44,202 bases of DNA from a virus (taxonomy: Duplodnaviria > Caudoviricetes): IMG/VR virus record IMGVR_UViG_3300026196_000014, positions 1 to 44,202 of that record; one strand, 5' to 3'. Positions 32,374 through 41,331 of the stretch are shown here, one piece after another. A program made the translations under genes and the position numbers. A model generated the notes under the pieces. The model was not told where the DNA came from. It saw only the letters and a list, made by a program, of their open reading frames with translations, and searched no databases. Every line of letters begins with the position of its first letter. The stretch's first letter is position 1.

Positions 32374-33471
32374 ATGAGTATCCAAGGTTCGTCTCTGCCG
32401 GCTGGTGCATTTACCAATCTGGCGGGGCAAACCGCAAACACCGTAATCGGCCAGTACCTGCGAGAGGTCGCCGAGCGCAGCCGCTACAAGCGGTACGTGC
32501 TCCGGCAGTTCGGCTCGCTCGCGCTGCAGCCCGGTTACCGAGGCACGACCATCTACGCACCGACCATCACCAACGGCGTTCAGAACGCTACGAAGGTGGA
32601 CCTCGGTGGTGTGGAGTCTGGGTACGGTAGCGCCAGCGAGGCCGAGCGCACCATGCCGACCGTCCGTAAGCTCGCGTTCTCCAAGTACTATGGAGAACTG
32701 AACTACTACATGGACGTGTACGGTGTGTCGAAGGTGTTCGCCGCTACGGCGACCCTGCGCAAGTACCTCGAGCGTGCAGCCGAGTTCCTGATGGTCGGTT
32801 GTGCCCAGACCGAAGAGGAGCTGGAGATCTGGCTGTGCCTGCTCTACAGCGACTACGCTTCGGGCGGAACGACCCTGCTCGATCCGAGCTCTTCGGAAGT
32901 CATGTATCAGGATCCGTCCAACACCGGGACCGCCTATGGTAGTCTCGACGGCGACAACACGTGGATTCCTTCGACCCTGGCCGCCATTCGACGGCAGCTG
33001 CGGAACAAGCAGAATCCTGGCTTCGACAACCTGAGCAATCGGTTTGCAGTCGTAGTCACTCCCGATGTCTCTTACCAGCTGATGACCAACCTGCGGTCTG
33101 ATGGGACCAACTTCCAGCTCAGCTTCGAGTCCGACTCGATGGGCATGGAAGAGGCCTATGAGAACCACTCGATCGGCCATGTGCTGGGATGCGAGGTCAT
33201 CGAGTGTGACCACCTGCCCTCGATTGCGGGTGGCGCGTCGGGTGGTCCGTCGGCTTCGGCGACCATGGACATGTGCTTCGCGTTTGCTCCCGATGCGTTC
33301 TACGTGCAGGAGCATGAGACCCTGAATCCGCAGCTCTACTGGAGTGGGTTCCAAGTGAACACCTTCACTCCGGCGGGCGAAGAGGCAACGCTGGCCATGG
33401 ACTTCTCGGCCGGCGCCTTCGCGGGCGATGTTGCCAACAAGCTCGTGTGGATTCCTTCTCCCCAGCTGTAG
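32374..33471 (+). CDS. Major capsid protein, 365 aa
   Basis: GGAGG RBS; size and position; G.TIY.P, YYG, FAVVVTPDV, IGHVLGCEVIE pattern of HK97-fold podophage coats. Confidence 0.85.
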   Translation: MSIQGSSLPAGAFTNLAGQTANTVIGQYLREVAERSRYKRYVLRQFGSLALQPGYRGTTIYAPTITNGVQNATKVDLGGVESGYGSASEAERTMPTVRKLAFSKYYGELNYYMDVYGVSKVFAATATLRKYLERAAEFLMVGCAQTEEELEIWLCLLYSDYASGGTTLLDPSSSEVMYQDPSNTGTAYGSLDGDNTWIPSTLAAIRRQLRNKQNPGFDNLSNRFAVVVTPDVSYQLMTNLRSDGTNFQLSFESDSMGMEEAYENHSIGHVLGCEVIECDHLPSIAGGASGGPSASATMDMCFAFAPDAFYVQEHETLNPQLYWSGFQVNTFTPAGEEATLAMDFSAGAFAGDVANKLVWIPSPQL

Positions 33472-33483
33472 GAGGTGATCTGA

Positions 33484-33642
33484 ATGGCTGGTAGCAACGG
33501 AACGGTCCTCAAGGTCCCCGGTGCAGCCCCCGCTGATCGTCCGCCCCTTCCGAAGGGAACGAAGATCGACCGAGGGAATGCGTCCGAGGGCACTGTGGAC
33601 AAACCCTATGGCCCGAAGTGGAACCCTACCGGAAAGGCGTAG
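33484..33642 (+). CDS. Small Pro/Gly/Lys-rich protein, 52 aa (not in the ORF track)
   Basis: AGGAGGTGA RBS; MAGSNGTVLKVPGAAPADRPPLPKGTKIDRGNASEGTVDKPYGPKWNPTGKA; fills the gap exactly. Confidence 0.75.
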   Translation: MAGSNGTVLKVPGAAPADRPPLPKGTKIDRGNASEGTVDKPYGPKWNPTGKA

Positions 33643-33644
33643 CC

Positions 33645-34139
33645 ATGGATTCAGCCCCGGACGGACGGCACGAGTCGATGCTCTTCGAGGACTTCGAGCG
33701 GATCGTTCGTGAATCAGCAACGAAAGCGGTGGAGTTCATTTTCGAGAAGGAGGGGGCCCACGTCGGGCTCCCTCCCGACGTATGCACCGTGATGTTTGGT
33801 GATACCCCAGCACTCGGCCAATGGTGGAACGTCCGGCGCGGCGAACTGCCAGAGGACGACGTAATCGAACAACAGCCCAGAGTCCTTTCGCCATACGATC
33901 AGGCCCGGGAGGTCGGACTGGTCAGGCGAGTGTACGGGCGACAACGGCCTGTCGATCGTACCCCAATCAAGCGTCTCAGGTATATCGGTTGGCGCCGCGC
34001 CTTGTACGCCATGCTTGTTCATGGCGTCATCAGGGAGAGCGACGAGGTCAAGGAGTGGCTCGGCGAGTCACAGGTGACCGAGGCCACGAACCGACGCAAG
34101 AGTGGTGATTCCTTCAAAAGTTGGGTGGCGTCGCAATGA
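33645..34139 (+). CDS. Hypothetical protein, 164 aa
   Basis: ATG 2 nt after the upstream stop; ATGA overlap downstream. Confidence 0.7.
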   Translation: MDSAPDGRHESMLFEDFERIVRESATKAVEFIFEKEGAHVGLPPDVCTVMFGDTPALGQWWNVRRGELPEDDVIEQQPRVLSPYDQAREVGLVRRVYGRQRPVDRTPIKRLRYIGWRRALYAMLVHGVIRESDEVKEWLGESQVTEATNRRKSGDSFKSWVASQ

Positions 34140-34879
34140 GCACAGAGTACGTAGCTGGCATGGGCCTTCTGCTTGACACGGCACTCGAGTCCTCGTCGGA
34201 TGTTTTCACCGACAGTTGGCACAACTTGGCGAAGAGTGCGGCGGGGACGTTCGGGTTGAGGAACTCATCCTCTGGCCTGCAGCTGGCCAAGGATGGTTTG
34301 GCAGAAGGTGTACGCCAGCTCAACTCTCTGGGCACATTCGTGTTCACCACTGAGGACTCGGTTGACCTGCCACTTGTGGCCGACACAGCGGAGTACAGTG
34401 TTGGGTCTTCCGTATTCTCCGTGCAGGAGATCGTCCTACTCGATGAGAACGACGAACAGATTCGCTACCTCGAGAGCATGCCGTACCAACAGTCGTTGGC
34501 TGCCTACCTTCCACGCTCTACCCGGGGCATCCCGGAGGCGTGGACTGCCAGGAACATCCAGGGCGACGCGACTGTGACTCTGCTCTGGACCCCCGATGCT
34601 GCAGCAATCGGCGTCGCACCGACTGCCCGCGTCCTGTTCCGCAAGCGCATTGCCAGGCCGGAGAACGACAACACTGGAGTCCTCGGCCCGGCGGAACTCG
34701 AGTTGCCCCTCAAGGACTACGCGAGATACTATATCAGTGCCGACCGCAAGGGCGCGTCGCACCCAGATACCCGTGCTTGGTTTGCGAAGTTCCGGTGGGA
34801 TGTTGGGAACATACGGACGATGGGCTCGCAGCAAGCTGATACTCATGTCAGGATGCAAGTCCTGCTCAAGCGGAGGTAG
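34136..34879 (+). CDS. Head-tail adaptor (tail tubular A-like), 247 aa
   Basis: LVADTAEYS, RGIPEAW, LLWTPD pattern; position after the capsid genes. Confidence 0.7.
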   Translation: MSTEYVAGMGLLLDTALESSSDVFTDSWHNLAKSAAGTFGLRNSSSGLQLAKDGLAEGVRQLNSLGTFVFTTEDSVDLPLVADTAEYSVGSSVFSVQEIVLLDENDEQIRYLESMPYQQSLAAYLPRSTRGIPEAWTARNIQGDATVTLLWTPDAAAIGVAPTARVLFRKRIARPENDNTGVLGPAELELPLKDYARYYISADRKGASHPDTRAWFAKFRWDVGNIRTMGSQQADTHVRMQVLLKRR

Positions 34880-34882
34880 CTA

Positions 34883-36559
34883 GTGAGCGGACGGAAGAAG
34901 CTGATCCATACGGTCGGGCTGTACAACTCGGCCGCGTCCAATGCTGTGGCTACCCCGGGAGCCGGCACCATCGCAGCACTCTACCCAGCAGGGGCTACCG
35001 TTGTCAGTTGGTCTGGGGTGGCTGGTATTGTCAAGGACCCGGGCGGGTTGCAGGTAGGTGACTCTCTGCAGCTTTGGCAGGTAGCCGATGGCTCCGACAC
35101 TGACATCTCTTGTACAATCGCCACGATCGTCGAGACCGGCACACCCAGCATCTGGGCAGTCACTGTCGACACCACACCGAGCACCTTGCCGGTAGCCGGC
35201 GACCGTATCATCTCGACTACTGTCGCGACCATGTACGCAAATCCTCGAGACACCAGCGGTACCCCGGCCAGCAGCATCAGCATCTCCGGCGGCGGAACCA
35301 TCGAAGGTTACTTCGACGAGAGGGCACTTGACCTTTACGTCTCCGGTGGGGGCCTGACCGCAGGCTTCAAGCAGTTCGGCATTCCAGTGAATCCTGGCCC
35401 GGCGCTTGCAGTCGAGTCAATCACTGGGGCAGGCAGTTCTACCATCGACGACGATACCCAGGTGGTGGAACTCGATGACAGCTCGGCCACAATCATCAGC
35501 AACATCACGTATCCCAGACTCGGCCGAATGATCTACGTGGTCAACCGGGCCGGCTATGCCGTTGGCCTACTTGCCACCACCATTCCATCGTCCGATGGTG
35601 ACATCCTCTCAGCGAACTCCGTGCCCCTGGCCGACAATGCTGGCATCGTGCTCCTCGCTGTGACTGAGGGAAGCTACACGGTCTGGGTCCCCGTTGGGTC
35701 CCTAGGTGACGTCGACCTGGCCGATCTGTCCAACATCACTGGCACGACCGGTGGTCTACTCGGTGACGTGTTGAGAGTCAGCTCCACCTCGCCCTTCCAG
35801 CTTTCAAGTGGCCAATCCTTTGGCGACACAGCAACTGGCAACTTCTTGGCCGGCGCACTCGATCCCGACTCGACCTACTACAAGTCTGGCGTCTACAAGT
35901 TTCGGCTGCAGCTTGCAGCTGCCTTGGCAGCAGACAAGGACTTCGAGTTGCCGGATGGATCAAGCGACCCCGAGCGTCTGGCAGGACTCTACTGCGATCA
36001 GACCTTCACAGGCGCTTGCCAGTTCCAGACGCTGCGCGTGAAGTCTGGCTCCTACTACGGAGCCTTGGTCTCCAGCACCCTCTCGGCCAACCGCAGTTAC
36101 ACCCTACCCGACGAGGACATCGACCTGGGCAATGCCGGCAAACATCGGTCGATCCTTGTCACCATGCCAATGTCCGCTGCGGGAGGTCTCGAGTCAGTTC
36201 TGTCTGGCAGCGGACCTAATGCCCTCTTGGCACTCAAGCCTGATGTGCCAATCACCATCACCGGGGTTAAGACCTACGCCCACGTGTTCGGTGCCGTTGG
36301 TACTCCTGACGTCATCCTTGGGTTGTACCAACACAGTTCGCTGCCGACGTCGACCAGCACCCCACCCGGCGCTGGCACAGGCATCGGGTCGCTCATCCTT
36401 GACACTGGCGAGCTTTCTGCCAGCTCTCTGTACGAGGCAGCACTGTCGGTCTCGACGAGTGTGACTGCCAACCAGTTCGTATTCGTCGCCATTCAGAGTG
36501 GTAGCACCTGGCCGACCAACACAACCATCACCATCCAAATCGACTACGACGTACAATGA
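34883..36559 (+). CDS. Tail fibre / tail appendage protein, 558 aa
   Basis: G/S/T-rich beta composition; head-binding-like MYANP..GYF..LDLYVSG; repeated DKDFELPD / NRSYTLPD fibre motif. Confidence 0.65.
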   Translation: MSGRKKLIHTVGLYNSAASNAVATPGAGTIAALYPAGATVVSWSGVAGIVKDPGGLQVGDSLQLWQVADGSDTDISCTIATIVETGTPSIWAVTVDTTPSTLPVAGDRIISTTVATMYANPRDTSGTPASSISISGGGTIEGYFDERALDLYVSGGGLTAGFKQFGIPVNPGPALAVESITGAGSSTIDDDTQVVELDDSSATIISNITYPRLGRMIYVVNRAGYAVGLLATTIPSSDGDILSANSVPLADNAGIVLLAVTEGSYTVWVPVGSLGDVDLADLSNITGTTGGLLGDVLRVSSTSPFQLSSGQSFGDTATGNFLAGALDPDSTYYKSGVYKFRLQLAAALAADKDFELPDGSSDPERLAGLYCDQTFTGACQFQTLRVKSGSYYGALVSSTLSANRSYTLPDEDIDLGNAGKHRSILVTMPMSAAGGLESVLSGSGPNALLALKPDVPITITGVKTYAHVFGAVGTPDVILGLYQHSSLPTSTSTPPGAGTGIGSLILDTGELSASSLYEAALSVSTSVTANQFVFVAIQSGSTWPTNTTITIQIDYDVQ

Positions 36560-38994
36560 GACAGTGGACCAACATCGGCTTGACCTCTGGAGTCGTCACC
36601 GTGCGGAACCCAGAGGTCCTCGAACCGGGTGAGCTCGCCTCAGCGTCGGACTTCGAGTTGCGCCACGGTGACAAGGTTCAGCTGCACCTGCGAACGAAAG
36701 ATCTCTTCACTGAGACTCCGCTTACCGGGGAACTCGTTGACGTATTCTACCTTGGCTTCGAGGAATCTGCAGACCAGCTGTTGGCAGTGACCTCGCAGAC
36801 CGCGAGCATCACGAACCCATTCGGGTCGCATCATACCGTCACCTTCACCACGATGAAGCTCTACCTTGCCAACGTGAATGACCTGTCCAGCTGGACTCAG
36901 CTTGGTGATTCCTATGGTGGAGAGTTCTCTCGTGTGTCTTGCAAACGACGTGGCAACGAGTACTACCTTGGCAATGGTGTGGTAAACCTCATCATCAGTG
37001 AGGGCCCAGCCATCCGCCGGCATGGCATGTTCACTCTCGGGTTCAACCGTGGCATCGACGATGACTATAGAACCGGGACCGTGTGGGACGAAGTGCTGTA
37101 TCGCATCCCCGAGAAGTACACCTCGTACTCCTCCACAGAGGAAGACCCACTTGAGTATCCCAAGCATGGCCTTGGTTATCCTTGGGTGCCCGGCAGTGGA
37201 TTTGAAACGTGGAGTATCCCGCAATACGGTAGCGACAATTCGGTGAATGGTCCTACGTGGAACAAAGACGACATTGTCCACTACTTCGTGACAGAATACG
37301 ATGAAACCAACGATGTCGAATCACCAATCGTTGCATACGGCGCGTTCTACCTGCGAAAGCAGCAACTGGCTGACAAAGACCTACTACGGTCTGGGCGTCA
37401 CATAGGGAACGACGCAACCACGTCATGGTCTTTCGAGGGCAAAGTCCGCTTGTACAAAGACGAAGACCCAAATAGCGCGAACTATGGAGACTATCTACCC
37501 AATGTGTGGACAGCATTCGACTACGATCAGATCTACCCGGATGGGTATACCCTAGCCTCGTATGGCACGTTCCCCGTGCCCTTTATTGATTTGTCTGCGC
37601 TGGGAGTTGTGAACGCCACTGCCACGCACTACCGGATCTACCGACATCATGTGGGCCAAACGATTCTGGACATCAAGGATAGTTTCCTTACTGGTAGCAG
37701 CAGCAATGTGCTCAGGATCCTTACGGACAGTTCAGACTTCGACACGAATGTCAGGGATGAACACCTTGCTTTGCTAGCCAATGAGCGGCCTCCGGTAGGT
37801 GGTCGTATTGCCCAGGTGGCAATTACCGAGACTAGCTGGGCAGACCAGAACACCTACTCGTTTGATCCGGTTGTGAAGTTCCCCTACGTCGACTTCTCAA
37901 AGCAGGGCCTGCTCCTCAGTACCGAACTCCAGCGCCCGCCGCGACCCTATGTCAACTCGGAGTTCTGGGGCGACGTGCTGATCATGGATCATGCCGACTC
38001 GCTCGGGTATACCTACCGTGGCTATCCAGACTACGAGCCTGACGTCTTCCTAACTGGCATCGCAACTACTGCTCAGAATGACGCTGTGCAGAGTCTACTC
38101 CGGGTGGATGACAAGCTCCTGATCATGACGAAGTCTGGTGTCCAGCGCCTCAACTTCCTGCTCCAAGAAGGCGCCTCGATCTCTGGGCCCGAGCAGAGCA
38201 TCATCTCCACGAACCACGGTGTGCCAGCGAGGCGGGGACACACAGCGTTCAGTGGTAGCAAGGGCATCTTCGGGACGTGGCTCAGCGAACAGTCGTTGAT
38301 CATGACGGACGGCACCGGATGGATCGATGCTTGCCCCGACTGGTCAGTGGCTACTGCCTTCACGCAATACGGTATCGACAACCTCAGAAACGTCGTTCTC
38401 GTCAACGATGTGGCCCGTTACCGTCTGCTCCTCTATGAGCCGGGCGAAACTGAGTCCCGCCTCTGGGAGTTCTACTACCATGAGACCCTGTTGAAAGACG
38501 GCAGGATGACGGTAATGGGCCCAACTCCTGTCGGGATGCACGTGGTCTCGGCCACGACCGGCTCAACCGAGGGCCCGGAGCGTGTGTTCCTGTTGGGTGT
38601 CAAGAATGGGAAGAGCGTGATTGCCGAAGTGGCAGCTGGGGACGGCTCCTCTACAGGCACCCTGGCTACTGGCCAGTTTGGCACCGACATGCTCTACCAG
38701 CACACCAGCCCCCGGGCCACCATGGATGCGAAACTCCTGGCCACTAAGTCCTCCGGGGCCATCTACACCAATTTGACTATCCGGGGCCGGCGGTGTGACG
38801 ACGAGGATGGTGATTGGAACGAGGAGACAGTATCTTTGAGTGGGGTTGCAGACCGCCCCCAGGCCCATTCGGCCGTCCACTTCGAGGCAGCTCACGTGTT
38901 GCAACTCGAGATCGAGGTGGGTGGTGACGAAGGGACTGGGATCGGGCCAATCCAGATCCTTTGTGAGATCGAGGAGGGGCAAGATGCCAAATGA
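36556..38994 (+). CDS. Tail nozzle / stabilisation protein (tubular B or P22 gp10-like), 812 aa
   Basis: Size, beta-propeller-like pattern, LLIMTKSGV..ISTNHGV motif, position. Confidence 0.7.
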   Translation: MRQWTNIGLTSGVVTVRNPEVLEPGELASASDFELRHGDKVQLHLRTKDLFTETPLTGELVDVFYLGFEESADQLLAVTSQTASITNPFGSHHTVTFTTMKLYLANVNDLSSWTQLGDSYGGEFSRVSCKRRGNEYYLGNGVVNLIISEGPAIRRHGMFTLGFNRGIDDDYRTGTVWDEVLYRIPEKYTSYSSTEEDPLEYPKHGLGYPWVPGSGFETWSIPQYGSDNSVNGPTWNKDDIVHYFVTEYDETNDVESPIVAYGAFYLRKQQLADKDLLRSGRHIGNDATTSWSFEGKVRLYKDEDPNSANYGDYLPNVWTAFDYDQIYPDGYTLASYGTFPVPFIDLSALGVVNATATHYRIYRHHVGQTILDIKDSFLTGSSSNVLRILTDSSDFDTNVRDEHLALLANERPPVGGRIAQVAITETSWADQNTYSFDPVVKFPYVDFSKQGLLLSTELQRPPRPYVNSEFWGDVLIMDHADSLGYTYRGYPDYEPDVFLTGIATTAQNDAVQSLLRVDDKLLIMTKSGVQRLNFLLQEGASISGPEQSIISTNHGVPARRGHTAFSGSKGIFGTWLSEQSLIMTDGTGWIDACPDWSVATAFTQYGIDNLRNVVLVNDVARYRLLLYEPGETESRLWEFYYHETLLKDGRMTVMGPTPVGMHVVSATTGSTEGPERVFLLGVKNGKSVIAEVAAGDGSSTGTLATGQFGTDMLYQHTSPRATMDAKLLATKSSGAIYTNLTIRGRRCDDEDGDWNEETVSLSGVADRPQAHSAVHFEAAHVLQLEIEVGGDEGTGIGPIQILCEIEEGQDAK

Positions 38995-39178
38995 CACCCA
39001 GGTGCAGGCGCGGATCGCAGCACTGGAGATGTACATCAACGGACGCTCGCTGGGCGCACTCTCTGCTGCCACCCGTGAACTCATACTTCGGAACGATGAG
39101 GGCACGCCAGTGCGCTTGACAGTCGGGAAGGACAGCGATGGCAACCCGGCCCTGGTGATCAAGGAGGTAGGACAATGA
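38984..39178 (+). CDS. Hypothetical protein, 64 aa
   Basis: GAGGAGG RBS; overlaps both neighbours. Confidence 0.65.
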   Translation: MPNDTQVQARIAALEMYINGRSLGALSAATRELILRNDEGTPVRLTVGKDSDGNPALVIKEVGQ

Positions 39179-39699
39179 GCTTCTGGGATTCTGGCGACAA
39201 GACAAGGCAGGACCAGCTCGAGAACATGTCTGCTGTCGAGCGACTGCTCAGCCCCAATGCTATCAGCTCTGCGGCGCATTCGTTCTTCGACAGCAGCATG
39301 ATTCAAGATCTCATCGACCAGATGGGCATGTCGGCGCAGGCAGAGGGTCGAGGCGTCGCCTCCGAGTATCGTCGTCTCCTTGGGGGGAATACAGCTTCGG
39401 CCCTCTCGCCTGGCATCTCACGGGCGCTTGCTCTTGGCTCGCAGTTCAAAGCCAGCACGATGCGCGACGAGATGTACAAGGACATGATGGACAGGGCCCT
39501 CAAGAGCCAGGGTATGCAGGCCAGCATGTGGGGGTCGCTACCTCCGGTGCAGTACACCAGCGGATTCGACAACCTGCTCAAGGCTCTCCAAGTTGGTGGC
39601 TCTACGGCGGTGGCCTTCGGCGGTGATCCATGGAGTCAGGGGGGCTCTACGAAGGCCAAGATCCTCGACTACCTGGCCAAGAACCTGAGACTGGGGTAG
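39175..39699 (+). CDS. Internal virion (ejection) protein, 174 aa
   Basis: AAGGAGGT RBS; G/S/A/M/Q-rich helical composition; first of three ejection-type genes. Confidence 0.6.
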   Translation: MSFWDSGDKTRQDQLENMSAVERLLSPNAISSAAHSFFDSSMIQDLIDQMGMSAQAEGRGVASEYRRLLGGNTASALSPGISRALALGSQFKASTMRDEMYKDMMDRALKSQGMQASMWGSLPPVQYTSGFDNLLKALQVGGSTAVAFGGDPWSQGGSTKAKILDYLAKNLRLG

Positions 39700-39705
39700 T
39701 AGGCA

Positions 39706-41331
39706 ATGCCACGTATGACTGGTACACGGGAAGAGCTCGAAACTCTGGTGGACAAGCCAGAGATTCAGGCCTTTCTTCGTACCATCAGGATGATGGAGGG
39801 CACCGAGGATCAGCCAGAGAATGGCATGTGGACCGTAGTGAGTCCGAAGGACTCGAGTGGCCTCCACCAACAGACTGACCCAGGGATCAACGAGCATCCT
39901 TGGGAGGTCTACAGTGGCGCGGCGGATAGCATGTTCTGGAAGCGCGGCGGGAAGTACATGACTGCCGCCGGGCCCTACCAGATCACCTACCCGACCTACA
40001 AGGACCTGAAGAAGGCTGGGTACTTCGAGGATGGAAGCTGGAACGATCCTCGGGAACAGGACCTGGCGGCCCTCGCCCTGATTGCCAGTCGAGGCGGGCT
40101 CAAGGCGATGGAGCAGGGCGACGTGGCGGCCATGAGCCGAGCGGCAGCGCGAAGGTGGGAGTCCGTTGTCAACCTGAACACCGGTAAGGGCGCAATTGGT
40201 AGCGCACACCGGTCTGCCGCAGAGTTTCAGGCGGCGTTCGAGGATAGCCTGTCACGAATGCAGGAGGTACAGTCCATGGGCAAGGGTTTTACGAATCGAA
40301 ATCCGGGGGCTGGACCAGGGTTCAGCCTCGAGGAGTTCCAGTCCCGGCTCGACAAGAACCTCGGCCCAGCCGAGGCGCGAGTGAACGCCCAGATCGAGAA
40401 GCTCCAGTCCTTGATCGACAGCCAGCACGCGCCCGAGGTATCTGGTCCTGGCTCGTTGAACTATCAGCCAAGTGTGCTCACGCGGCTCGGTCTTGGTTTG
40501 ATGGGGCAGGGCGCTGACGTCCAGAAGGGCTACGCCACGGCCGCCAAGACCAACATGGATAACTCACTGGCCACAGAGAAGCTCCGGGCCGAGGGCGAGT
40601 CCCAGGCGGCCTACAGGGCAACACTGCTCCAGCAGGCCATGGCCGACGTGACCAGGGTCCGGGCCCAAATCGATGAGGCCAAGGCAAGCGCCACGGCCTC
40701 CTTCATGCGCGAACGGAATGACCAGGGCTCTAGGGAGCGAATCGCCGGCATGCGAGGCGACGGTGAGAAGTTCGAGCCCAACCAGCTGGCCTCCTTCCAG
40801 AAGAGCGCGGAGGGGGACCTCATCAACCAGACGGTCAACCATTGGCTCGGCGGCCGCAACTTGGTCATGGACACGAATGACACGGGCCAGAAGGTCGCGA
40901 AGGATGGTGGCCCGATCGGCATCACCACCGACCAGAAGGACCTGGCAGAGTCCTACAAGCAGATGAAGATCACCATCGAAGGCGCGGCGATGAACGACGC
41001 GACGAAGCACCAAGTGCTCCAACGTCTAGACCAGGCCTACCAGCACGCGGTCGAGCTCATCCAGAAGGACGGGGTGTCTACCCTGCAGGAGTACTACGAC
41101 GCGACCCCCAACGGCGTCGGCACTCCCATTCCACACAAGAACCCGGTTGACAAGTTGACAGATGAAGGGGCCGCCCTGATGCAAACCATCACCAGCTACC
41201 TCGTTGGTGACCGAGGCCCGTTCAAGTACCTCAAGGCGGACACCTACAACCAGACAAGCGGGGCGACGCCGGACTCGACGAGAAGCCGCAAGGCGCCAAC
41301 ATTCATTCCTGGGGGAGTTGAAACGCCGTGA
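39706..41331 (+). CDS. Internal virion protein with N-terminal lambda-type lysozyme (GH104-like) domain, 541 aa
   Basis: AFLRTIRMMEGT, TAAGPYQI, QDLAALALI and RWES match lambda R motifs; coiled-coil remainder. Confidence 0.85.
   Translation: MPRMTGTREELETLVDKPEIQAFLRTIRMMEGTEDQPENGMWTVVSPKDSSGLHQQTDPGINEHPWEVYSGAADSMFWKRGGKYMTAAGPYQITYPTYKDLKKAGYFEDGSWNDPREQDLAALALIASRGGLKAMEQGDVAAMSRAAARRWESVVNLNTGKGAIGSAHRSAAEFQAAFEDSLSRMQEVQSMGKGFTNRNPGAGPGFSLEEFQSRLDKNLGPAEARVNAQIEKLQSLIDSQHAPEVSGPGSLNYQPSVLTRLGLGLMGQGADVQKGYATAAKTNMDNSLATEKLRAEGESQAAYRATLLQQAMADVTRVRAQIDEAKASATASFMRERNDQGSRERIAGMRGDGEKFEPNQLASFQKSAEGDLINQTVNHWLGGRNLVMDTNDTGQKVAKDGGPIGITTDQKDLAESYKQMKITIEGAAMNDATKHQVLQRLDQAYQHAVELIQKDGVSTLQEYYDATPNGVGTPIPHKNPVDKLTDEGAALMQTITSYLVGDRGPFKYLKADTYNQTSGATPDSTRSRKAPTFIPGGVETP

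Noticed and set aside
32293-33720. 475-aa minus-strand ORF over the capsid gene, and similar shadows over terL, the 1461-aa gene and 41244-44096
   Set aside because: Fully antisense to well-supported genes; R/H/V/G-rich shadow composition
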